From Ruminococcaceae bacterium UBA1734 (GTDB lineage Bacteria > Bacillota > Clostridia > Oscillospirales > Acutalibacteraceae), in NCBI GenBank assembly GCA_002315765.1, contig DCIE01000070.1, positions 14,628-78,627 on the forward strand: a stretch of 64,000 nt of DNA. The letters run 5' to 3'. The notes beneath the pieces were generated by a model. The model saw only the letters and a list, made by a program, of their open reading frames with translations, was not told where the DNA came from and ran no database searches. The translations under genes and the position numbers were made by a program. Below are positions 39,944-48,144 of the stretch, in pieces (position 1 is the first letter of the stretch; each line of letters begins with the position of its first letter).

Positions 39944-40049
39944 TCCGGTGATTATACCGCAAGTAAAATGTTTATCAAGGATAGATAATAGCAACATAAG
40001 TATGCCAAAGCCTACAAATATTTCAAAGCGCCGAATAATACTTTAACAT

Positions 40050-40078
40050 TTGACAAAATTAACTAATAATGGTATTAT
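40050..40078 (+). promoter_or_regulatory. sigma-A promoter of purB
   Basis: TTGACA, 17-nt spacer, TATTAT. Confidence 0.6.
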
Positions 40079-40114
40079 TATTAAATAAAAATATTAATGC
40101 TTTAGAGGAAAATT

Positions 40115-41551
40115 ATGTCTGATAATAAAACATCTTATGTATCGCCGTTATCTACAAGATACGCCGGTAAAGAAATGCAATACATTTTTTCATCTGATTT
40201 CAAGTTTAAAACATGGCGAAAACTTTGGATTGCTCTTGCAAAATCCGAAAAGGAATTAGGTCTTGAAATCAGTGATGAACAAATTTCGGAACTTGAAAAA
40301 TACGCTGATGACATTAATTATGATGTTGCTGAAGCTCGTGAAAAAGAAGTTAGGCACGATGTAATGAGCCATGTTTATGCCTACGGTGTTCAATGTCCGA
40401 ATGCAAAGCCAATAATTCACCTCGGTGCTACAAGTTGCTATGTCGGAGATAATGCCGATATTGTAGCAATGAATGAAGCGGCTAAGCTTGTTTTGAAAAA
40501 AGCGGCAAGAGTTCTTAAAAATTTAAGAGATTTTTCCGAAAAATACAAATCACTTCCCTGCCTTGCCTACACCCATTTACAACCTGCGCAGCTTACTACG
40601 GTTGGTAAACGGGCTACACTTTGGATGAACGAGTTGGTTGGCGACATTAATAACCTTGAATATCAAATTTCTTCCTTGAAATTATTAGGTTCTAAAGGTA
40701 CAACAGGCACCCAAGCAAGTTTTATGGAACTGTTTGAAGGTGATGAAGAAAAAGTAAAGAAGCTTGATTCCCTGATTGCCCAATATATGGGCTTTTCCGA
40801 TTGCGTTCCGGTTTCAGGTCAAACTTATTCAAGAAAAACCGATTATTATATGCTTTCTGCTTTATGCGGTTTTGCTCAAAGTGCTTATAAGTTTTCAAAC
40901 GACCTTCGCATTCTTCAGTCTTTTGAGGAAATGGAAGAACCCTTTGGTAAATCCCAAATCGGGTCTTCTGCAATGCCTTATAAACGAAATCCCATGCGCA
41001 GTGAAAGAATTTCAGCACTTTCAAGGTATGTAATTTGCGATTTGCAAAATACCGCATTTACCTCTTCAACCCAGTGGTTTGAAAGAACACTTGACGATAG
41101 CGCTAACAAAAGAATATCGGTAGCCGAGGCATTTCTTGCGATTGATGCCATTTTAAATATTTATATCAACATTACTGACGGAATCGTAGTATATGAAAAG
41201 GTTATCGAAAAGCGTGTAAACGAGAAACTGCCCTTTATGGCAACCGAAAATATTATGATGAAATCGGTTAAGCGTGGCGGCGACAGACAGCAATTACACG
41301 AAATTATCAGGGTTCATTCCCATTCAGCCGCAAAACGGGTCAAGCTTGACGGTCTTAACAACAATTTAATTGATTTATTGGCAGAAGACGAGTCTATTCC
41401 GCTTAACAAAGACGAAATCATAAAGGAACTTAATCCCGATAAATTCATCGGAAGAAGTGTCTCTCAGGTTGAAGAGTTTAATAAAAACTATATTGAGCCG
41501 ATACTATCAAAGTATTATGATTCTTCGGTTGAATCCGAGCTTAATGTTTAG
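40115..41551 (+). CDS. purB: adenylosuccinate lyase
   Basis: 478 aa. ..SPLSTRYAGKEMQYIFS.., ..YTHLQPAQLTTVGKR.., signature GSSAMPYKRNPMRSE. Confidence 0.92.
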   Translation: MSDNKTSYVSPLSTRYAGKEMQYIFSSDFKFKTWRKLWIALAKSEKELGLEISDEQISELEKYADDINYDVAEAREKEVRHDVMSHVYAYGVQCPNAKPIIHLGATSCYVGDNADIVAMNEAAKLVLKKAARVLKNLRDFSEKYKSLPCLAYTHLQPAQLTTVGKRATLWMNELVGDINNLEYQISSLKLLGSKGTTGTQASFMELFEGDEEKVKKLDSLIAQYMGFSDCVPVSGQTYSRKTDYYMLSALCGFAQSAYKFSNDLRILQSFEEMEEPFGKSQIGSSAMPYKRNPMRSERISALSRYVICDLQNTAFTSSTQWFERTLDDSANKRISVAEAFLAIDAILNIYINITDGIVVYEKVIEKRVNEKLPFMATENIMMKSVKRGGDRQQLHEIIRVHSHSAAKRVKLDGLNNNLIDLLAEDESIPLNKDEIIKELNPDKFIGRSVSQVEEFNKNYIEPILSKYYDSSVESELNV

Positions 41552-41562
41552 GGAGTTGCAAT

Positions 41563-44157
41563 ATGATTTGGCATAGTTCTGAATTAAACGAAATACAAAA
41601 AGAATTTAATGTTTCATTTGAAAACGGCTACACAAACGGTTCGGCTTATGAAAAACTGCAAAGTATAGGTAAAAATTCCATTACAAATCTTAAAAAGCCT
41701 TCCTTTTTCAGGCATTTTATTTATCAATTAAAGAGCAAATCCGCATACATTTTATCAATAATAGCTGTTATTACATTAATTTTTAATATTATTTACAATA
41801 AATCGGATATATTTTCTCCTATATTAATAATAGGAATTATTATACTTAATTCTCTTATCAGCGCCTTTCAGTTGTATAGAAGTGAAATTGCTTTAGATAA
41901 CCTAAAAAGTATTACCAATCCAAATGCGACGGTAATTCGTGACGGTGTCGAAAAAACAATAAATTCCGAAGAATTAGTTACCGGTGATATAATTAAAATT
42001 AAGTCCGGCGATATTGTTCCTGCCGATGTCAGATTAATTGATACTCTTAATTTTTCCTGTAACGAATTTATTTTGACAGGCGAAGATATTCCCGTAAATA
42101 AACATTCGGATATTTTGGTCGAGGATATCGCACCTATTAATCAGCGAATTAATATGGCATATTCCGGTTGCGTTGCACTTACAGGTACAGCAAAAGGTGT
42201 TGTAGTTGAAACCGGCCTTAATACCGAAATAGGCAGAAATTCCGCAATTAATCAACAAGCCGGTGAAGATATACTTCCTATTCAAAAGAGATTGGAAGGC
42301 ACCGAAAAGATACTGAATATTTCGATTTTTGCAATTTGTTTTGTTATTTTTATCATTAGTTTGATTATTAATTTTAAAAACATCGGATTTGCTTCAACCA
42401 CTGCCACTTCCCTTCTAAATGCTATGGCTTTGGCTGTTGCCGCAATTCCCGAAGGACTTCCTGCCATTTCTACCATTGCTATTGCACTTGGAATTGAAAG
42501 AATCATTCGTGATGATATAATCATTAAAAAGGTAAAAGCACTTGAGGTAATCGGTAAAACAAGCGTTATTTGTTCTGATAAAACAGGTATTATTACAACC
42601 AACAGTATGTTTGTTAAAAAACTTTTTGACGGTACTGATTTTGTTGAAATTAATGATTCTACCTTAAGCGAAAAGCATAGAACAATTATTAAATTAGCGG
42701 CGGTATGTTCTACACTTGAAAACGATTCAACCGAAGCTTCTATAAAGAAATGCTGTCTTGAATACTGCGGTAGCGATACTGATGAGCTTCATACGGTTTT
42801 TCCGAGAGTCGGAATAATTCCTTTTGATTCCGAAAGAAAAACCATGACAAGTATTAATATGATAAACGGTAAGCCTGTGGCAATTGTTAAGGGTGCGCCG
42901 GAGGTTTTAGCGGATAAATTCAGCAATATTGATGCAAAGTTAATTGATGACATTAATCAACAAATGGCTAATGAGGCACTTAGAATTATATGCATCGGTA
43001 TAAAAACATTGGATGAAATCCCTGCCAATCCTTCATCGGAAATTATTGAAAACGATTTGATTTTTGTCGGATTAATCGGTATAGACGACCCACCGAGAAC
43101 TTCTACAATTGATGCTATTAAGGTTTGCGACCGTGCCGGTATTAAAACCGTTATGATTACCGGCGATAATTTGACAACTGCAAAAGCGGTTGCAAGAAGA
43201 GTTGGTATTCTTAAGGACGGAACATTGGCAATAAGCGGTAACGAACTTGAAAATATCAGCGACGAAGAACTACCGAAGGTTATCGGCAATTACAGTGTAT
43301 TTGCAAGAATTACGCCAAACGACAAATTAAGAATTATTGATGCTTTTCAAAGGTCCGGAAAAATCGTAACAATAACCGGAAACGGATTTAAAGATGCTCA
43401 AGCACTTGCAAATGCGGATATAGGCTGTGCTATGGGTAAATTCGGTACCGATGTTGCAAGAGGCAATGCCGACATTATTATAAACAACAGTCATTTTGAA
43501 TCAATTATTAATACTATTAAAGAAAGTCGCGGATTGTTTGCGAATATTCAAAAAGCTGTTGCTTTTCTAATTAGTTGTAACTTGGCTGAACTTGCCATTT
43601 ATTTTATTTGCTTATTGGTTTTCAAAAAGCCACCTATTTCGGCTGTTCAAATTCTTTGGATAAATCTTTTAACCGACTGTGCACCCGTATTGGCACTCTC
43701 CACTCAAAAAGCCGAAAAATATGTAATGAACTATTCCCCTGCCCCATTATCGGGACGGATTTTTGATAATAGAAGCCTTTTTGATATTCTTATAAATTCC
43801 GCTTTCATTTCGGTTGTATCAATAATTTCTTTTGTTATCGGTTATATCAAGTTTGGCAGTTACGGTTTAGGTATGACAATGTTGTTTGTTGTTCTGGGAC
43901 TTACTGAAATATTACATGCTTTCAACTTAAAAGACCACAACAGCATTTTCAAAAACAAATTTGAGTTTTCCGGATTTTTGGCAACATCATCGATTTTGGT
44001 TGTTTTTATTATTCTGTTTTTAGTATTAACTCCGGCGGGTTATGTTTTCGGTTTGGAAACTTTGAACGGAAAACAGTTGTTTATCTGCATAGGATTATCA
44101 ATTTTAATTATCCTATTTTCCGAACTGCTTAAATTCATTAAAAAAATTGTAAAATGA
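41563..44157 (+). CDS. P-type ATPase, Ca2+/cation (P2A-like) type, with variant P-domain motifs
   Basis: 864 aa. LTGEDIPVNK, PEGLPA, ICSDKTGIITTN, KGAPE, MITGDN, TGNGFKDAQAL (in place of GDGxNDxPAL), LWINLLTDCAP. Confidence 0.8.
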   Translation: MIWHSSELNEIQKEFNVSFENGYTNGSAYEKLQSIGKNSITNLKKPSFFRHFIYQLKSKSAYILSIIAVITLIFNIIYNKSDIFSPILIIGIIILNSLISAFQLYRSEIALDNLKSITNPNATVIRDGVEKTINSEELVTGDIIKIKSGDIVPADVRLIDTLNFSCNEFILTGEDIPVNKHSDILVEDIAPINQRINMAYSGCVALTGTAKGVVVETGLNTEIGRNSAINQQAGEDILPIQKRLEGTEKILNISIFAICFVIFIISLIINFKNIGFASTTATSLLNAMALAVAAIPEGLPAISTIAIALGIERIIRDDIIIKKVKALEVIGKTSVICSDKTGIITTNSMFVKKLFDGTDFVEINDSTLSEKHRTIIKLAAVCSTLENDSTEASIKKCCLEYCGSDTDELHTVFPRVGIIPFDSERKTMTSINMINGKPVAIVKGAPEVLADKFSNIDAKLIDDINQQMANEALRIICIGIKTLDEIPANPSSEIIENDLIFVGLIGIDDPPRTSTIDAIKVCDRAGIKTVMITGDNLTTAKAVARRVGILKDGTLAISGNELENISDEELPKVIGNYSVFARITPNDKLRIIDAFQRSGKIVTITGNGFKDAQALANADIGCAMGKFGTDVARGNADIIINNSHFESIINTIKESRGLFANIQKAVAFLISCNLAELAIYFICLLVFKKPPISAVQILWINLLTDCAPVLALSTQKAEKYVMNYSPAPLSGRIFDNRSLFDILINSAFISVVSIISFVIGYIKFGSYGLGMTMLFVVLGLTEILHAFNLKDHNSIFKNKFEFSGFLATSSILVVFIILFLVLTPAGYVFGLETLNGKQLFICIGLSILIILFSELLKFIKKIVK

Positions 44158-44609
44158 TGATTAAGAATAAACATATTTATGTTTTTGTGTCGGTGATTTG
44201 CCTTATTCTATCGTTGTCGGCATGTGTTGTAACACCTTATACAGGCGATAGCAAAAATAAAGAAACTGTGGAAATAAACGAGCCGACAGAATCGAGCTTA
44301 AACGAATATCGCAAAGCCTCATCTTTTGATGTTGACAGCACTGTATCAACCGAAACCCAATCCGAAACCCTCGGCACATCTTCTAAAATAAATGCTGAAA
44401 CCTCGGAAAATATTACTGCTTCTTCCGACTCGGTTAATCAAAATATTGATGGGGAAATATCCTTTATCGCCAATAGTAACTCTATGAAATTTCATAAAAG
44501 CACCTGTCAGTATGCTAAAAAAATTAAAGATATAAATAAAGTTGTATCAAATAATAGAGACGAATTAATCAGTCAGGGTTTTGTACCTTGCAAAAAATGT
44601 TGTCCTTAA
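44154..44609 (+). CDS. lipoprotein with a C-terminal Ada-like zinc-binding motif
   Basis: Lipobox LSLSAC, a Ser/Thr/Glu-rich linker, and C-terminal ..KFHKSTCQYAKK...GFVPCKKCCP. ATGA overlap with the ATPase gene. Confidence 0.55.
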   Translation: MMIKNKHIYVFVSVICLILSLSACVVTPYTGDSKNKETVEINEPTESSLNEYRKASSFDVDSTVSTETQSETLGTSSKINAETSENITASSDSVNQNIDGEISFIANSNSMKFHKSTCQYAKKIKDINKVVSNNRDELISQGFVPCKKCCP

Positions 44610-44612
44610 AAC

Positions 44613-44639
44613 AAAAAAACTGCCGATGGCAGTTTTTTT
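44613..44639. terminator. bidirectional terminator
   Basis: aaaaaaa-ctgcc-gat-ggcag-ttttttt. Confidence 0.7.
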
Positions 44640-44641
44640 GT

Positions 44642-45256
44642 TTATATAAAATTAGTTAATATTTTTTCTTCTTTTTTAGGAAGTCCGATACTTTCTTTTC
44701 CCAGGTTGATGGATTTAATTAAAAAAGCCATATTATTTCCTAAAGTTCTCATGGTTTGTAATCCCTCAAAATCCTTAACAGCCTCTCCCCTTTCCCGACC
44801 GTGAACACTGTTCCAATATTGACTTGAAACAACCGGCATACCGGTAATTGTAAAATATTTATTAAGCTCATCAAAGGTCGAAGAAGTTCCTCCGCGCCTT
44901 GCAACGGCTACCGAGGCACCGACTTTCATAGTTTTATCAATTTTACAGCTGGTAAATAACCTATCAAGAAAGGCAATTAATGTTGCATTAGCCGAAGCAT
45001 AATAAACCGGCGAACCAACCACAAGTCCATCACATTCTTTAAATATTTCGGCTGCCTTATTTACATCGTCTTCAAATACACATTTGCCAAGTTGTCCGCA
45101 TTTATTACAGGCAATACAACCCCTTATAGGCTTATTCCCTATTTGCATGGTAACAGTTTCAATTCCGTTTATTTGGAGAGTCTTTTCAATTTCACTTAAA
45201 GCAATCCCGGTGTTACTGTTATCACGAGGACTGCCGTTAATTAACAACACTTTCAT
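44642..45256 (-). CDS. flavodoxin-like fold NAD(P)H-dependent FMN reductase / iron-sulfur flavoprotein
   Basis: 204 aa. MKVLLINGSPRDNSNT.., Cys cluster RGCIACNKCGQLGKC, ..VVGSPVYYASA. Confidence 0.7.
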   Translation of the reverse strand: MKVLLINGSPRDNSNTGIALSEIEKTLQINGIETVTMQIGNKPIRGCIACNKCGQLGKCVFEDDVNKAAEIFKECDGLVVGSPVYYASANATLIAFLDRLFTSCKIDKTMKVGASVAVARRGGTSSTFDELNKYFTITGMPVVSSQYWNSVHGRERGEAVKDFEGLQTMRTLGNNMAFLIKSINLGKESIGLPKKEEKILTNFI

Positions 45257-45323
45257 ATTTATGAATATTCCTTTCGTTTCTCTTTGTTTGTTTTAATCAT
45301 TATACAACGATAAAAAGATATAT

Positions 45324-45569
45324 TCAACCTTTATATTTCTTTCTTGTGGCCAATCCACCTCTGATATGCCGTTCTTCCTTATTTTTATCTAAAACATTTC
45401 TGACCGACTGATAGATTGTCGGGTCGTCCTTTCTAAGCCTTTCTGTAACATCCTTATGTACCGTTGATTTTGATATTTTAAAAACATTAGCAGTAGCCCT
45501 TACGGTTGAACCGGTATCAATTATATATTTCCCAAGTTCTAATGCTCTGTCTTTCATTTCGTCTCGCAT
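45324..45569 (-). CDS. spoIIID: stage III sporulation protein D (mother-cell transcription factor)
   Basis: 81 aa. ..LELGKYIIDTGSTVRATANVFKISKSTVHKDVTERL...RHIRGGLATRKKYK closely parallels B. subtilis SpoIIID. Confidence 0.9.
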   Translation of the reverse strand: MRDEMKDRALELGKYIIDTGSTVRATANVFKISKSTVHKDVTERLRKDDPTIYQSVRNVLDKNKEERHIRGGLATRKKYKG

Positions 45570-45623
45570 AATCTCATCTCCAAAATTTTCTAATTAATTA
45601 TACGAAACAATTATTTAATTTAT

Positions 45624-45661
45624 TACAAAAAGCAACCGCCAAAGATGATTTGACGGTTGCT
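45624..45661 (-). terminator. intrinsic terminator of the licC-permease operon
   Basis: On the minus strand: agcaaccg...cggttgct 8-bp stem followed by TTTTT. Confidence 0.6.
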
Positions 45662-45667
45662 TGAAAA

Positions 45668-47125
45668 TTAATCCTTAATAAATTTTTTCCTTTGTTTTAG
45701 ATAGAAAATAAAACCTATTACAATCCAAACAATTAACATAATATATGATTCTTCGCCGAAATTAACACCTGACAATCCGGGAATCGGTATTAATTGAAGT
45801 ATAATAAATGATATTGAAAAAATAATACCGATAATTGCCATAATCTTAAGTTTAGTTGTCCCATCACGGTCTTTTTTAATAACAACTAAAGTGGAAGCAC
45901 AGGTGAAGAAATAACCAATTGAGGCACCGATAGCTGACATATCAACAAACCAACCAAGAGCCTCTCTGCCTAATATGGGGCCGGAAAGTGAAATTAAGAT
46001 GCAAAAAATCATAGCATTTTTAGGAGTTTGATATTTTTCATCAATTTTACCAAACCACTCCGGCAGGAAACCGTCTCGGCTCATTGAGTACATAAGTCGA
46101 CTTGAAGCAAGATAAAAACCCATAATACCCGAAAGCACGGCACAGGAAACACCAACACCTATAACAATCTTACCGAATATACCCATAAGCTCTTCGGCGG
46201 CGACAAGAAGAACCCATTCTCCGTTCATTACTCTTTCGGGCCAGTTTTTAAGAGCAGCTGCAGCAACTGTATTATTTGATGTGTAGACAAAACATCCAAA
46301 AGCGATGGCAATACACATTATTCCCATTACTTTTTTATAAGAAAATTTAAACTCTTCGGCAGCCTGTGGTATTGTATCAAATCCTACAAATGCCCACGGT
46401 GCAATAGCGAATGTTGCAAGTATAGCTGATATAACACCTTGTGTTCCCGTATGTGCAAAATCGTTTATGTTTTCCGTTGTAGCTTTTGCGGCAATTGCGA
46501 CGGTTTTATCAAAACCCCAAATCGGTGTCATATTTATTCCCTTTGCTTTTGCGGAAACCAAACCGGTAATACAGAGAGTAAAAGCACAAACAGCCAAAGT
46601 TGCCGCAAGAACAGTTTGAATAAATCCGGCTTTTTTTACACCGATAATGTTAAGAAAACCAAATAACAAGAGAATTGACATGGCAAATATCATTTCTCCC
46701 ATCCAAACATCAAAACCGGCTATTTGATAATGAAAACCGAATTTTAAAATATCAGCAGAGCCATCAATACCGTCAACGATTAAACCGATTGCCGTGGAAT
46801 TCATAGGCACATTTGTAAGATACGCCGCAACTAAAAACCAACCGCATATATAGGCAGGATTTTTGCCGAAACAATTTTTTGTAAAGGTAAATTCACCACC
46901 GGCTTTTGGAAATTTAGGTACCAAATAGGCATAACTAAAGGCGATAACTACCATAACAAGTGCACCTAAAACCATTGCAATTGCAGTACCTGCAACACCT
47001 GAATTAGGAAGAAACTTTTTCCCGGGATTAATAAAAGAACCCCAACCGATTATGCAACCAAAAGCTATAGCCCAAACAGAAATCGGACTTAAAGTTTTTT
47101 GGAGTTCTATGTCATTTTTGTCCAT
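45668..47125 (-). CDS. APC-superfamily permease (amino acid/organocation), co-transcribed with the LicC-like gene
   Basis: 485 aa, about 12 TM. The N-terminus ..LSPISVWAIAFGCIIGWGSF.. is typical of APC carriers. It starts 12 nt downstream of the LicC-like gene. Confidence 0.75.
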   Translation of the reverse strand: MDKNDIELQKTLSPISVWAIAFGCIIGWGSFINPGKKFLPNSGVAGTAIAMVLGALVMVVIAFSYAYLVPKFPKAGGEFTFTKNCFGKNPAYICGWFLVAAYLTNVPMNSTAIGLIVDGIDGSADILKFGFHYQIAGFDVWMGEMIFAMSILLLFGFLNIIGVKKAGFIQTVLAATLAVCAFTLCITGLVSAKAKGINMTPIWGFDKTVAIAAKATTENINDFAHTGTQGVISAILATFAIAPWAFVGFDTIPQAAEEFKFSYKKVMGIMCIAIAFGCFVYTSNNTVAAAALKNWPERVMNGEWVLLVAAEELMGIFGKIVIGVGVSCAVLSGIMGFYLASSRLMYSMSRDGFLPEWFGKIDEKYQTPKNAMIFCILISLSGPILGREALGWFVDMSAIGASIGYFFTCASTLVVIKKDRDGTTKLKIMAIIGIIFSISFIILQLIPIPGLSGVNFGEESYIMLIVWIVIGFIFYLKQRKKFIKD

Positions 47126-47137
47126 AAAAACACCATA

Positions 47138-48031
47138 TTAAACATCATAAGTCTTATCAATAGCTTTTAGTTCTCTAAAAGTATCAATCTCAACTATATC
47201 CTCATCTTTGCAAGGTCTATAAGCAATCTTATATTGACCTTTATATACTTGGTTAGGTACGGTTTCCCAATATCTTTCCTTGCCGCCCGGAGCATTAAAA
47301 GCATCTCTTAGGTGTTCGGATAATTTTGCACCGTCTGCAGCATTGAAATAGTAAATACCAATCATTTGATAAGTATCCACGCCGCCGACCTTTTCTTCAC
47401 AAAGGTTACCGTCTTTATCAATATCAAAGCACCAATCATCGGTTCTATCCTTATAAATTCCAAGTACATCGGACTGATAATGGTATTTTGTAATAATAGA
47501 AGGATTTGAAAGCATTAAATCCGATTCAAGTATGTAAGCGTTTTGAAGTAAATATCTTGCAACCATTACCGAAGAAATGTTATTTGCCTCGTTGTAGGAC
47601 GGATTTTCCAAGAATTTAATCATAGGATATTTATATAACAATTGGTCAAATTGTTCGGCTAAATATCCTCTTACAATATAAATTTCACTAATACCTGCCT
47701 CTAAACAAGCATCAATTAGGGTATCAATAATTCTCTTTCCGTTTACTCTTACAAGCGGTTTCGGTGTATTAAGAGTAACAGGTACAAGACGACTGCCGAA
47801 ACCGGCGGCAATGAAAATCGCTTTTTTTGCACGGTACGGCTCAAGGGCATCTATACCTTCAGTTGTAATTTCGCCGTTGCAAACCAATCCGGCATCGGTA
47901 AATTCCTTTACTATTTTATTTATTGTGCCAAGAGAATGACCGCACTTTTCTTCAAGTTGTCTTTGACTGAGTTTTTCCTTTGAAGTAGCAATAGCTGTTA
48001 AAATGTCAAACTGTTTTCTTGTAAGACTCAT
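47138..48031 (-). CDS. winged-HTH + LicC-type cytidylyltransferase fusion (phosphocholine or phospho-alcohol activating)
   Basis: The N-terminal ~65 aa are MarR/wHTH-like (LTRKQFDILTAIATSKEKLSQRQLEEKCGHSLGTINKIVKEF). The rest parallels S. pneumoniae LicC: AIFIAAGFGSRL..TPKPLV, ..YWETV.., ..IVEIDTFRELKAID. Confidence 0.75.
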   Translation of the reverse strand: MSLTRKQFDILTAIATSKEKLSQRQLEEKCGHSLGTINKIVKEFTDAGLVCNGEITTEGIDALEPYRAKKAIFIAAGFGSRLVPVTLNTPKPLVRVNGKRIIDTLIDACLEAGISEIYIVRGYLAEQFDQLLYKYPMIKFLENPSYNEANNISSVMVARYLLQNAYILESDLMLSNPSIITKYHYQSDVLGIYKDRTDDWCFDIDKDGNLCEEKVGGVDTYQMIGIYYFNAADGAKLSEHLRDAFNAPGGKERYWETVPNQVYKGQYKIAYRPCKDEDIVEIDTFRELKAIDKTYDV

Positions 48032-48058
48032 TTTTTTACCTCCGACAAAATCAATCTA

Positions 48059-48108
48059 TGAACAAATACTAACATTTTTGAACAAAAATGTCAAGTATTT
48101 TGTTCAAA
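48059..48108 (-). promoter_or_regulatory. operator-like triple repeat of TGAACAAA spaced 20 bp apart, bracketing the -35 and following the -10
   Basis: Copies at 48059-48066 and 48079-48086 (same orientation) and 48099-48106 (inverted). The outer pair forms the perfect 11-nt inverted repeat TTTGAACAAAA/TTTTGTTCAAA. Confidence 0.5.
48066..48094 (-). promoter_or_regulatory. sigma-A promoter of the wHTH-licC operon
   Basis: On the minus strand: TTGACA (48094-48089), 17-nt spacer, TAGTAT (48071-48066) preceded by TGt. Confidence 0.6.
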
Positions 48109-48111
48109 TAA

Positions 48112-48143
48112 ATATCGGCGTGTTCAGAAAAACACGCCGATAT
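48112..48143 (-). terminator. hairpin ending the 16-gene polysaccharide locus
   Basis: atatcggcgtg-ttcagaaaaa-cacgccgatat perfect 11-bp stem, 1 nt after the stop of the 48145 gene, with a T-rich tail (atttattt) on the minus strand. Confidence 0.65.
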
Positions 48144-48144
48144 A

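Larger units (their letters stand above)
39799..39944 (-). ncRNA. candidate small RNA (~146 nt) with its own promoter and intrinsic terminator
   Basis: On the minus strand: TTGATA (39978-39973), 16-nt spacer, TATAAT (39956-39951). The body has a C-rich CCUCUCCCC stretch and the 14-bp palindrome hairpin. The terminator is aagccgat-ttgtgat-atcggctt followed by TTTTTT (39826-39799). There is no SD or ATG ORF on this strand. Confidence 0.45.
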
